A stretch of 64,000 nt of DNA from the human T2T-CHM13v2.0 reference genome, Homo sapiens, in the NCBI RefSeq assembly GCF_009914755.1, contig NC_060940.1; one strand, given 5' to 3'. The notes under the pieces are model-generated. The model made no database searches, was not told the origin of the DNA, and saw only the letters and a list, made by a program, of their open reading frames with translations. The stretch's first letter is position 1; each line of letters starts with the position of its first letter. This document shows positions 27,484-50,771 of the stretch, in pieces. Position numbers and translations under genes: made by a program.

Positions 27484-28050
27484 TGTTATGGTTTTAAGGA
27501 TAACCACAAATTCCTTGACACTCTTTCCATCAAGGAGTGGGGTCTAATTCCTCTCCTCTTGAATCTGGGCTGGCCTTAGAGTCTTGCTTATAACTGTCTC
27601 ACGCACGTCCATGTGAAGAGAGTCCACCAAACAGGTTTTGTGTGAGCAACAAGGCTGTTTATTTATTTTGGACTCAAGGCGGGCTGAGTCCGAAAAAGGA
27701 GTCAGCAAGGGTGGTGGGATTATCATTAGCTCTTATAGGTTTGGGGATAGACGGTGGAGTTAGGAGCAATGTTTGGCAGGCAGGGAGTGGATCTCACAAA
27801 GTACCTTCTCAAGGGTGGGGAGAATTACAAAGAACCTTCTTAAGGGTGGGGGAGATTACAAAGTACATTGATCAGTTAGGGTGGGGAAGAAACAAATCAC
27901 AATGGTGGAATGTCATCAGTTAAGGCTATTTTCACTTCTTTTGTGGATCTTCAGTTGCTCCAGGCCATCTGGATGTATAGGTGCAGGTCACAAGGGATAT
28001 GATGGCTTAGCTTGAGCTCAGAGGCCTGACAACAACTAATAGAATATAGT
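27484..28050 (+). mobile_element. Old MaLR (MLT1-like) fragment split by the second LTR7
   Basis: CAAATTCCTTGACACTC...GGGGTCTA...CTTGAATCTGGGC...[LTR]...AATAGAAT resembles the 5' part of MLT1F/G/H as recalled. Confidence 0.55.
27595..28031 (-). mobile_element. HERV-H solo LTR (LTR7 family, LTR7B-like), 437 bp, inverted relative to the first
   Basis: Reverse complement starts TGTCAGGCCTCTGAGCTCAAGCTAAGCC and ends GTGCGTGAGACA; 5-bp TSD ATAAC/ACAAC; TATAA intact at 27733-27737 (-). Confidence 0.92.
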
Positions 28051-28059
28051 AAGTCTTTA

Positions 28060-29185
<1,126 letters not shown>

Positions 29186-29369
29186 TCATGATGTGCAAGG
29201 CTGAGTGTGACCTGGCCCTGCCCACTCTTCAACCCCATCTCATACCTCTACCACTTCTGTGCTTCAGCCACTCTGAGTTGCTTCCAGTGAGGGAGTCTCT
29301 CTGTTAACTGGACATAGTAGGGACTCAATTTGTGATAATTTGTGATCATAAACTAGGTCACATCTGTGA

Positions 29370-29550
29370 GCCTTGCTGAGCACTTTACATGTATTATCTC
29401 ATTTAATCTTCATGCAACCCTATGATCAAGTATTATTAACCCATTTTACAGATGAAGAAACTGAGCCTGGGCATGTAAAAGGTTGTGCCCAAGGTCACAA
29501 AAATAGTAAATGCAGAGTCGAGTTTGAAACCCTGGTGTCTGAATCCAAAC
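29370..29550 (-). mobile_element. MIR fragment (other MIR/L2 remnants near 31840-31990, 39200-39330, 46800-46890, 50400-50540, 58300-58500)
   Basis: MIR core CCCATTTTACAGATGAAGAAACTGAG...CCCAAGGTCACA. Confidence 0.75.
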
Positions 29551-32395
29551 CTTCCTCAGCAATCATGTGATTCTACCGAATAGGTATTGATTTGATAAGA
29601 AGCATGTGCTCCACCTGCTCCCCAAAGGCCGGGCAGCAACTTAGGAGGGAGAGTGAGCTGTTGGTCTATGGAAGCATTCTAGCAAGAGCTGGGGAGCACT
29701 AGGCAAGATGTGAATTGGACGGAGTGTGGGGGCCCCACCCTGAGGCTGGGACCTCTGCCTATGCCTGGGATTGGGGGCTGTGTGCACGCATGGGTCATGT
29801 GATACCCTGTATATGGCCTTTCCCTGTGTCCAGGCCAGCCTAGTCCTTGGGGCTGGGGGTGGGCAAGAGCAGGTGGAAGCTTGGGGAGCCCGCCTCGAGC
29901 AGGCAGAGTCCAGCAGACCATAGCCTGTCCACTGTCCTGACCCTGTGGCCCTGGACTGGCCTCTGCCCTGGGCCTGGCACCTCTGGCTTGGGGAAGGGCC
30001 CAGAACTACTCAGGCACACAGTGAGGCCTGCCCTCCCACCTGCTACCAGGCAGAATTTATCTCAACTGAGTGAGAAATAGAGAGAGGGAGAGAGAAAGAG
30101 AGAAAGGGAGAGAGAGAGAGAGGCAATTGCATAAGAGGATTTGAACAAAAATGGTTATGGCACTGGTGTTTGTAAGAAAGAGAAACTGGACACTGTTTAC
30201 ATGTCCTCCTCAAGGGCTGGACAAAGAGATTCTGATGTGTCCATCCTGGCAGACTTTAGAAATAATTAGGAAAAGAAAAAGTGATGGGGGAAGATCTTTA
30301 TAGTTTATCTGACAGGAAACTGCTAATTGTCAATACTGTAAATGTTGGGGGGAATTGATCACAAAACAGAATGTACAGTGTGACCCCAAGTTGAAATCCT
30401 TCCCCCAGCCCTCACACACACTCTTCCACCAGCTCCCTCGTGACTTACCCTGTTGGCCAGTGGCCAGAGGGTGGGGGAGGGGGCTTATCTTGGGAAGTGG
30501 ATGAGATCACCCCGAGGCTGGCTGGTTTAGTACCGGGTAACCTTTTCTACCCTTATGGCTCTCAGAGGCTTCTGTGCTGGCTCCTAAACCTTGGCGCCAA
30601 CCTCAGGCTGGAGGGGGTTATGCTCCCCCTCCCCAGGGTGGAGATGGTGGCCAAAGCCGGATAGGGCACAGGTGCTGGGCTGACGCAGAGATGGAGTGGC
30701 AGAGGGGGTCTGGGGAGTTCCAGGGCTCAGCTGGGACCCTATGAGAACTCTGCTCCCAGCAGATCTGGGTGTCCTGTCATTTCCCAGGGACCTGTGTGTG
30801 CAGAAAATACATTTTGTGGATACAGGAATATCCCAGAGGATAGCCACTGTGTGAAGGGCCGAGGGGTCTCCCTGGCAGTGCCTCTAACACCTTGGCATGT
30901 CTTGGGATTCCAGTCAGCCAGCCGGGCTCTCCTCGGACAGGACTCCTCTTGTTTCTGGCCAAAATTCTGGTGAGGATGGTTGTGGGGGGAAGAGATAAGT
31001 CTGTGTTGGGAAAGGGACTAGGGCTCAATTCCAGCTCAGCAAATAAATATTCTGTTCAACCCTCTGCCTGCCCCCTACCTCCCACGCCCCCACTCTCCCA
31101 CCCCCCGGTGCCTATCAGGCGACTTCCAGCCTTAAGGAAACTTTGCAGTGTGTCCCAATCCCCTGAGCACAGCCACACCTCTGAGCCTTTGCCCAGACAG
31201 TTGTCCCAACCTGACCACCTTTCCCCTCTCCAGCTGCCTTTGTCAACCCCCACCCTGGAGCTGGGTCAGGTGCCATCTGTCCCCAAGTCAGCGTCCATCA
31301 TGTCAGCTTGTCTATGTTCATCTGGGGTGAGCCTGAGGGCAGGAGCTGGGTCCAGGGAAAATTCTAGGACATGCTGGATGAAGGAAACAGTGGGCTCCTG
31401 GAAGGGATCAGGGGTTGGGAGAGGACCAACTGTGTGCTCAGACCAGCTGTTCTGTGCCAGGGCCTCGAGGGGGGCACCTAGGAGCCTCAGGCCCCTCAAA
31501 CCCCACAGCAAACAGCAAGAGAACAGGGTGTGGGGCACTCTGCCTGGGCTCTGCCGGCGAGGAGCAGGAACTGGACAGAACCAGAGTGAGCTGGAGTGTC
31601 TCCTCCTTAGCCTGGGCCCTGGGCAGCAGGGCTGGGAATGGAATTCTCCAGTTGGATGGAGCTGTTCCTGGAAAATCCCTATATGCCCTCCCAGAAATGT
31701 GCTCTTGTGCCTGGCTCTTGCTTCTTCAGAGTTGGAGGAGAAGGGACCTTTCTGCTGCTAGGCAATTCAGGCAAGGCCCTTACCCTCTCTGGACCCCTGG
31801 GCCTAGACTCCAGGACAGATGAGCAGGGATTTGTGCATCTATTGAGTGCCATCTGTCAGCCTCACTAAATTCTCTCACCCACCCTGAGAGGCAGGGATCA
31901 GGGTTCCCATCATTTGGGAAGGAGGTAGATGCTCGGAGATGCCAAGTGGCTTACCCAAGGTCACATAGCGGAGTTGGGACTCAAGCCCCTACCGATCGAG
32001 CGTCAGCCTGCACGCAGTTCCAGCCCCCGACCTACATTTAGGGTCCCTGAATGGACAGAGCAAGCCCGCAGGCTGAGGATGCCACTGCCAGCTCAGGTCC
32101 ACCTGACTGAGGCCAGGCCTGGCCCTGTGCCTGCCACTCAGAATAACCCTTGTGGTTCTGGGCATGGATCGTGGCCCATCACCTGGGACCTATTTTTGTC
32201 CTTCGGGTAACAAGGAAGTCTCACCTTGTGCAGTAACTGTTTGGGACAAGGATGGAACATATGACCCCCCAACCCCAGCTGATCTTGCTGCCCTGCTGGG
32301 AAGTGACCCCAATAGGGAAGGGGAGGGCCTGCCCCAGCCACTTCCCAGAACTTGGCTTCCTACCCTCATCCCCCTCTTCTCAGCAGCCCATACCC

Positions 32396-32398
<3 letters not shown>

Positions 32399-32436
<38 letters not shown>
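32399..32436. repeat. (CA)n microsatellite
   Basis: Directly visible. Confidence 0.95.
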
Positions 32437-32439
<3 letters not shown>

Positions 32440-35400
32440 CATAACCAGAGTCCCAGAGCATCTACATTTGTCCTTAGGATCCATTGCCACGCCTTATGCA
32501 GTGGCAATGCCACTTTCTCACATCTAGCTGTGGACCAAGCCCATTTCCTCAGGTTCCAGTCAGAGGGCTCTAGAACCCAGGTACAGTGGCCAGCCAGGGA
32601 TCTAGCATCTAGAACTGGACATTCAGAATTGGGGGCCTGGAATCCTATGGGGCAGTGGCTGATGGCATTTGAAGAAATCACAGAAGCTGTGGGCACAACT
32701 ACATCCACTCTGAAAGGTCAAGTGCCATCTCGAGGGTCAACCCCAAAAGCCTTATATAGAAGGGGGGATTCCTGTATGGAGTGGAGCACAGAGACATAGA
32801 GGGCACCCCAGCAGACTGAGAGGGGCTGCTTTCTGCTGAAACTAGGCGTGTACACATGTATGGGGATGGGGTGGGAAGGGTCATGTCCCGAACCCAGTAA
32901 CATAAAATAAATGCATAGAAAAAAGACTGGAAAGAAATCTGGTAAAAACATAACTATAACAACAAAACCAAGAATGACTGCAGCTGTAATGACAATAATA
33001 ACAGAAGCTGTTCCATTTTTTGAGAGCCAATTATGTGCCAGCCTCTGTGCTAAGTAAGGGCTTTGCTTGTATTATCTCAGTTAATCCCCACAGCATGCTC
33101 TTCTCTGGGTGGGGGTGGGTGGGCAGTGGCCTGTGGGGTGTGCTCTGTAAATGTGGTTGTTTTCTGCCAGGTCTGCAGCTTCCGCAGAGGTAGACAGAGG
33201 AGCCCTTAGGCCCCATCTATAGGAGATGTCGTGCTCTCCTTGCCAGCAATGCAGGGTGTGAGATGGGATGGCCAGCCCCCTTGGGGATGCCTTCGGGGAG
33301 CCAGCCAGGCCCACTGAGCTAACCTCAGCCCCCACTTGGCCCTACTCCTCTAGGCGTTGGGGCTCAAAATAGCAGCTGCTCGAGAGCTGACAATCAAAGG
33401 CCAGCTAAAAAAAGGCCCCTCAGTCTGGGCTCTGTCGCACACGGCTCGTAGAGCCTATTTTAGGGGAGAGGGTGCCGACATGCCAGTGGAAAATCCATAG
33501 GGCGGGAGTCTCCCAAAGTGGGAGACCCATATGCCTCCCTCTCCCCACTCTGGCCCCCCCACCCAAGTGCTCACGTGCACACACACTCACATTTTGCAGC
33601 CGTCAGCCTGCTTCCTGACCACTGGACCCTGTCATCTCCACCACAGCCCAGGAGAGGGATGAGGAAATTGAGGCTCAGAGATGGGAATTGACTTGCCCAA
33701 GATCACGAGGCTGGGAAGTAGGCAGGACAGCCACCAGATGGGGCCACTGTGGCTCACAGTTCAGTGCTCTCCCGTGGAAGAAGCCACATCACTGAGGAAG
33801 CCAATACATTGTTCTCTGGAGTGCCCAAAGCTCAGAGATGGGGCCAACGGTGGGGTGTTCTGGGTTGGACTGAGGGTGAGTAGGAGCTGAGGGTGACCTG
33901 TGGTCTTAGTCTCCGCATGGGAAGAAATCTCACTAGAACCCCCCAGGCCAATTCTGAGGGGACCTTGCCTGGCTGTGGGAGAGGCAGCTGGAGCGGGTCC
34001 TCATCGGCACTGAGCCCAGCCCAGCCCCCTCATCCTATCCCTGTGACCACCTCACGCCCTGCCCCGCCCAGGCCCCCAGAGGCTGGCAGGCCCTGCCAAG
34101 TTTCCAGGGAATGTGTCAGATAAAGGGCTGGTGCTCATGACTCTCTCCCACGTAGCAGCTATCTCTGACCCTACTGCCACTACCACTGCCACCGCCACTG
34201 GGAGGTGGATAAGAATAGCAACAGCCCCAGTGAGTGGGCACCCACAGGGACACAAACCATGTCTTTAGGTGTCCAGCCTCAGCCTCAGACTGAGGATGAG
34301 TCTCCAGGTTCCCCTTTCCATCAGTTCCAGCCCCACCTAGCTCCCCCATCATCCTGGGCCCAAAATCCTACCACATCTTAGGGTAAAACTCCAAGCCTCA
34401 TCCCTTGTGGCTGCTGCCTCAGCAGGGGGAATCTGGAGGGGATGCCATCGCCACATTGATCCTGAGCTGGGGCCTGAGCCCTGCCCTTCACTGGGGAGCT
34501 GTATGACATGGAGCTGGACATTGTCCCTCTCAGGGCCCACAAGCAGGGCAAGGTGGCACAGCAGCCCCTGGAGAATGAGATAGCCAGCCGAGGCCTCTCC
34601 AGGGGCTGGGTACCCCGTTGTCCTGGTGACCACAGTCTAGTCTGGCTTCTGAGTGCCCCTGTGAATTCTGGCTTTCTGGTCAGTGGGGATGTGAAGACAG
34701 TGAGGGTCCTCATGTCTCACAGATAGGGGTCACTGGGATACGACCACTGGGTGGTGTTGGGGGGGCCCTGCATGAGTCCTGTGACACTCCTGTGAGGGTG
34801 TGAGGGTAGCTGCGTGACTACAAGGTAAGAGGCTGTTGTCATGGAACCCATGGTGAGCGTAGTTGTGACACCGGAATCGGGAGATCCAGGGAGCCTCATC
34901 TCCAACTGTGACACATGGGGCTGATGGAGGGAGCCGAGTCCCAGTCCCCACATCAGTGACTCCTGCAGCTCTCACAGCCTGACTCATTGCATGGCCCCGG
35001 ACCTGGTACCCCCAGCCTCCTCGCCCCCGGCTCTGGCGCCTTTCTCTCCTCGCGTCCTCCCTGTTCTCAGGCGACTCTTCCTCTTTTGTACCCCCCCCAT
35101 GTCACCCACCTACCAAAGGGGTCCCAGGGAGGAGGTCAGGGATGCTAGGGAAGAACGAGGAAGGGTGGGCCGAGGCAAGCTCCTCGCACACTCACACATT
35201 CCGATGCGTGCATCACACAGACCAGACTGCAGCATATACTTATACACCCACAGACACACGTGTGCACACACGCCTGGTAGAGTGACTGGGCCACTAAGAA
35301 GCCTCCCAAGCTCAGTCTTCCAACATCAGCCCTGTCTGGTAGGCCCCCACCACCCCTTAAGTCAGGGTCCCATGCCGCTGAGGCCCTCACATTAGAAACG

Positions 35401-38400
35401 CATCCTCCCGCCGCAGCAGTGTGTCTGGAGGTGACACCCTAGGAAGAACTTCTGCCCCGAGGCCCCAGCTAGAGTCCTGGGTGGGTGTAGGTAGATGTGG
35501 GTGGGGTGGGGTCTCTGAGGGCCCGAGACTGTTGCTTTCTTTGTGGGTGAGGGCCAGACTGACCTCTGGGCCTCCGGCTTCAAGAGCCCTAATCGCTGGG
35601 GCTGGAAAAAGTTTAAAAATATCCTCATGTTTACATTCTTTCCAAGCTGCCTCCTGATCCTCCGTGCTGGGTCCCTTTGATCTGGCCCAGTGCCTCTGGA
35701 AGGGGCCTGGGAGAAGGGGAGCATGAGGCCTCTGCTGGGGCCCACCCCTCAACCCCCTCCAGCTCCAGCCCAGAACCCTGTGAGACCCTGGACATCACAG
35801 ACCCTAAGAGCACCTGGGCACTGGAAGGGAGCTGGGGCTGGAAGGGGTGTCTTGCACTCTTGCTTTGGGGCTGGAGCTGGGGCCCCTCTCCAAACTCCCT
35901 CCCAAAAGCCTGGGCCTCTTGGGACCTCTAGGGAGTGTGTGTAAGTGCGGGGATGTAGGTCCCTCAACAATCCATGCACTGGGGAAAGTCACATTTACTG
36001 AGCCCTGCAGTGCCTGGCACTGTGCTAAATGCATTGTGCAGGGATTATCTCATGTAGTTTTCCTAACGACAAAAACTTGTATCACCAAGTAAGCCAAGGC
36101 TCTGAGAGGTGAAGCAGTTTTCCTGGGAACACATCGCATGGATAAGCACAACACATGCTCTTCTACCCATAGAGCTATTGGTTGGCCCCCACCTTGCTCT
36201 AGCAGGGGCGAGGCCCTGCCTACAGAATGAAGCCTGCCTCACTAGCATTAATCTCTACAGGCATTCACTGGCCCACTGCCAAGCCTAGAGACCAATCAGC
36301 TTTGTGTCTCTCTTCCTCTGCGACCCAGGATAAGCCACACCCCCTCTCTGATCCTCACCTTTCTCTCTTTCTGTTTATGTAGAGACAGAGTTTCACTTTG
36401 TTGCCTAGGCTGGCCTTGAACTCCTGGCTTCAAGCAATCCTCTCACCCTGGCCTCCCAAAGTGCCAGGATTACAGGCATGAGCCACCGCACCTGGCCACC
36501 TTCCTCTGCAGAATGGGGCTGAGGATACAGGAGAGTTTTATGTCCCCAGATGCCCAAGGAACCTGGGCCCTTGTCTGTGGAGAAGGGGCTTGTGGACCTG
36601 GCGGTCAGCTCCAGCAGTGACAACCAAGAGTGGTCCGGGGCCTGGAGGCCCGAGGAAGAAGCCCTCAAACTAGAGCAGATGCCTTCATTTGCCCTGGTAT
36701 CCTGTCATCCACCCTTTCGTCTGTGGGTCTCCCATCCACCCGATTACCAACCCACCCATCCATCTACCCACCAATCCATCCAGCCATGCATCTGCCTAGC
36801 CATCCACTTATTCATTCACCCATGCACCCTCCTATCTCCCTACTTATCCATCTAGGATAAGGGCCAGAAAGTGGTGGTTATAGCTCAAGTGACGCATCTT
36901 ATGGCTGTATGAACCTAGAAATTTCCCTCCTTCTCTTTGCAATTCACCTTTCCATCTTTACAAGAAAGAGCTGATCTGGGTGATCTCTAAGGCCCTGCTG
37001 GGAAATCTTGAGGGAGCAGAGACCACCTGAACGCTGTGGACATTTCCAGAGAGGTAACACGGACCTTGGACAGATAGTTATGCCATGTACCGTGGTTCTA
37101 AGACTCCCAGCTACGGCCCTTAACCTCCCTGATCTTCAAGATCCTCCACTGCAAAATGGGGCCAATAATCCACCCTCGTAGGTTGATAGGAAGATTAGAT
37201 GAGACACTACCTCCAGAAGATTTGCACCCTGAAGACTTCTGAGTGCATGCAGGCTGAGCAGAGGATATCCTGGCAGAGGGGCAGGGAATCCCTGCCTGGA
37301 TGAGGGTAGCCAGCAGAGCCTCCAGTGGGGGTACCTGAGCCAGGATGACAGGGGCCAGCCTCAGAGTCCAACCCCTGGGCTGGGGATCCTGGCTGAGTCT
37401 TTGCCAGGTTGCCCGCCCTGTCTCTCTTAGCTGGGCTTGGCCCCTATCCCACAGAATCTGCCAATAGTGGAGAGATTATCTCCTAAAAATAGGGCCTGGG
37501 CCCCACAGAGGTTGTTTTTCTCCCTTTCCCGTGATTGACCATCATCAGCTCATGGTGCTTGGGACAGCAAGTCCCACCCTGACTCCCCAGAGATGGTTGA
37601 GAAGGGGACATGGGGATCAGCATGTATCTTGAGTCACCCACAGGTCAGGGATTAGAGGTCAATCTGGAGAGCTCAGCTCCTACTTAGCAGGGCTCAGCCG
37701 GGCTCAGCAGAGCATCAGGACATGGCTTAATCTTGGGCCAGGGTCAGGGGTTCACCTCAGAGAGGGGCAGCTCCAGAGTAAGCCACGGGGGTGCCTGTCC
37801 CGCTCCGATTGTCTCCATCTAAGTGACTCCCCTTCTCTGATTTCCTGCAGATGCCCTCATGCACTCACCAGCCTGTGTGTGAAACACAGCAGTGCCTTGG
37901 AGCCTACACTGGGGCAGAAGGACGCATCCCCAGCCTCACCTCACATGCTCCTGACCCATGGGGCCTCACCATCCTGCCCAGGGCCCTGCAGAGACTGAGG
38001 GGCCTCTGCCCATCCCTGGGTGTAGGTGACTCATGCACAGGAGCACAAGGTGCTCACACATGAGCAGAAGATGGGGACTCACAAGGTTTTGCCTTCCCAT
38101 AGCAAAGATGACATCCAGGAAAACACAGAGATGACACCCTCAAAGACACCCCTCCTTGACCATCACCTGCATAGAGTTCACCCATCCAGGGTCTGTAGCT
38201 GGTGGGCTCTGGATGCCCACAAAAATGACCCACTTTGCTGTGGCCCCAAGCTCTCACCAATAGCCCATATGATGTCTTCATGTCCTTCCCTGCAGGGGAC
38301 CTCAGTCTTGTCCTTCAAGCCCAGACCCTTTCTATGTGGCAGGAGATGGGGAAGGGATGAAAAAGCAGGTGTGTGCACACTCACACACACACATGCACAC

Positions 38401-38458
38401 ATAGACACTGAGACACAGACATACCAATCCCATAGGGCCCAGCCCAGTTCTCTGGGGC

Positions 38459-38464
38459 TTTATT
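38459..38464 (-). terminator. CDH16: CDH16 poly(A) signal AATAAA
   Basis: TTTATT on + about 230 nt beyond the stop codon; followed on the minus strand by GT-rich sequence. Confidence 0.85.
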
Positions 38465-38691
38465 ATTGGGCAAACACCCTGACATTTGGAGCACTCCCAT
38501 GGGCAGTCCATAAAGTTGGTGTCCAGGCTCTGCAGACATGCCTGGTGATGGTGATGGTGCCTCCACCCCAGGGCAGATGGAGGGGCTTCTACTCTGTCCT
38601 GTCCCCTGCTGGATCTTGGGTGCTGGGCTCTCTCCCAGGGGACTCAGATGGAGCCAGAGGCCAAGCTCCCAGCTAGAGCTGCCTGGGCCAT

Positions 38692-48365
<9,674 letters not shown>

Positions 48366-49103
48366 GGTCAGGACAGGCCTGAGGGACACGGCAGTGAGGA
48401 TCCAGCCCAGGTGGGTAGGGAGGGGCTTTCCATCCCACACACACAACTAGTGGGATCGTACTGCAGACTAGTCTTCTCTTCCTCCCCTCCAAAGGAGCTG
48501 AGGCTCTCCATCTCCTGCAGGGTAGTGCCCTGCTCCTCGGCCAGGCCCACCAAGGCCCCCAGGCCCAGCCACCCTGCTTCTAGGCTCTTGGTCCATCAAG
48601 CACTCTATCAGAATTTCACCTCCAGACCTCCAGCTCCTTCTCACCATAGCCTCCCCAGGCCGCAGATCCCAAAGTGGTAATTTTCTAGCAATCCCCCAAA
48701 TCACAAAAGTTTGAAGCTGGAAAGTTCCTGAAGACTTGGAGGGTCACTTCCTGAAGTCACCTCTTGTTGCAGGCAAGGCCTGAATGCTGGGGTCTGGCCA
48801 AGGTCACAGAGGACTTGACCACAGGAGGAGTCCTCCTAGCTCAGGGCCTCTGGGACTGTCCTGCCTCCCACTGCCACCTTCTAGACAAGGAGAACCCCCG
48901 GAGCAGGAGCCCGGCCCTTGTCTCATCATTTTCCAGCCCTTGTCATGGAGCTGGGCAGGCAGAGCAGCGACAAATCGACAACCCCTCTAAGATGAGGCCC
49001 TGGGAATTCTTTCCCAGATGGCGAGGACAGGGCAGTGTTTCTCCTTTCCCCACCACCAACCTCAGCCTCAGCCATGCCCTCCCCTCCACTCCCAGCCCCT
49101 CAC

Positions 49104-49330
49104 CCTCCAGCGCCCAAGACTGGCTCCCTTGGTCCAGCTGCCAAGCAAGAAGAGAGCTCCTTCTCCAGGGGGCTCTGGCCAGGCTGGGCTGGGTGGGGCA
49201 AGGCAGGGCACTTGAGCAGGTAGGAGGGTTCAGCCACGCTTGCTCAGGAGTGGAAAAGGCCACTGGGCCCACAGCAGCAGGCCTGGCCCCGCCCAGCCCC
49301 CCAAGTTACTCATTGACTTTGGAAAGCCAG
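49104..49330 (-). promoter_or_regulatory. CDH16: CDH16 non-coding exon 1 (donor after 49104) and TATA-less promoter with HNF1 site (49305-49317) and GC box (49287-49294)
   Basis: GGAGG|GTGAGG donor; GTTACTCATTGAC versus HNF1 consensus GTTAATNATTAAC. HNF1 control of the Ksp-cadherin promoter is established. Confidence 0.8.
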
Positions 49331-50771
49331 GAGCTGCTCAGCATCCGTGACTGCCAGCTCCAGGAGGTGGGGAGATGGTTGGCCTGGCACTCCCTCGACC
49401 CCAGCACAGCCCAGGAGGTATTCCTTGGCCCTCTGGTTCTGGACGTTACTTTTTCTGTGGCTCCAGACTTGGTCTGACTTATCTCCCAGGCTCCAGTGTC
49501 TGCAGCCACACCTTTTCACACTCTGTTCCTTTTGCATGGAACACCCTTCCCACTCATTCATCTGTGTGGTAAGCACCTGCTCATGCATGCTTCAGTGCTC
49601 AGCTCAAATATTCCTTTTTCCAGGAAACTTCCCCTATGTTCCCAGGCTTGTTCAGGAGCCTCCTCTGGGAATGCCCCTCCCCCTCACACCATGCCATGTG
49701 CTATCTCTATTAATACACAGAGGACACCAGCTTGTCATTGTCTGCCTCTTCCATTAGATTGGGAGCCCTTTGAGAGCAGAACTCAGGGACTCAGGAATGA
49801 CCTGGCTCTCATTCTGCCCTGGCAGCTCCGCATGGCTTGTGGAACTAAGACAAGGAGCTGGAGGTTGCAAAGGATGGGTGAGCAGTACATGAGTGGAAGT
49901 GGGTATTGGGGCTCCAGACCACCCCCCCCAGGGGGACCTGTGGTGGGGGAGTGCAGCAGCCTATGAGCTCCCGAAGTCCTTACACTGGCCACTCAACAGT
50001 GACAGGGCTGAGACAGTGGGCAGTCTCATGCCCCTAAGAAGATTAAACTGGCTCAGGTGACCTTGAGGGAGTTGCAGGGCTGAACAGGGGCTCTCCCCGC
50101 AATGAGGGCAGCCAAGCAGAGCCAGGAGATGCTTCTGGGGCCTGGGAGTCTGGAATGAGGGGAGAGGGTGGGAAGAAGGTCTCCAGTCCCTCTCCAGCCT
50201 TGGAGCTTCCCATGGTCCCCACGAAGTCCTTCCCACTGTACATCTGATTAGTCTCTCTCAGGCCAGAAGCTACCCCCAGCTGCCCCCAGCCTTGTCACAA
50301 GCTGAGTGCCTGCTTCAGGGTCACTCTGGCACCCAGCCTGGAGCAGTGTAGTGTGGGGAGGTTGAAGGGGGTTTCACACGTGTTAAGCTCCTGCTCTGTG
50401 CCCAGCACTGCTCTGAGCACATACCTTCATTATGCCACATACTGCGTTCTGAAGGGGCATTGGGCACATGCTGGGGCACAGAGAAGCTGAGTGGTTTGCC
50501 TAGGGTCACACAGTCAATAAGTGACAGAGCCAGGAAGGCCTGGGGACCCTCACTTGATCTGAAAATACCATGCCTTCTGCATTCCTTGAAGTATGTGGGG
50601 AGGAGGGGCAGAGCAGCAACAGCTCTGAGCAGTTACCTCTGCCCTGGGGAGCACGTGGGTGAATCTCAGCGCTCCCCTGTACATGGAGGGGCAGCCCTCA
50701 AGCCTCCTCCTGCCATTCAATAAGCTGCAATCAGGATTCTAACCAGGTTGCCAGGGCTCCCTGGAGTCTGT

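Noticed and set aside
26914-28031. LTR pair as a deleted HERV-H provirus
   Set aside because: The LTRs are inverted rather than direct, the spacer is Alu/MLT1 sequence, and there is no primer-binding site or internal sequence.
30892-31761. 289-aa intergenic ORF (similarly 25953-26657, 32152-32799, 38026-38676, 48764-49477)
   Set aside because: No recognisable family; composition typical of GC-rich non-coding DNA; some run through microsatellites. Would need PhyloCSF or Ribo-seq support.
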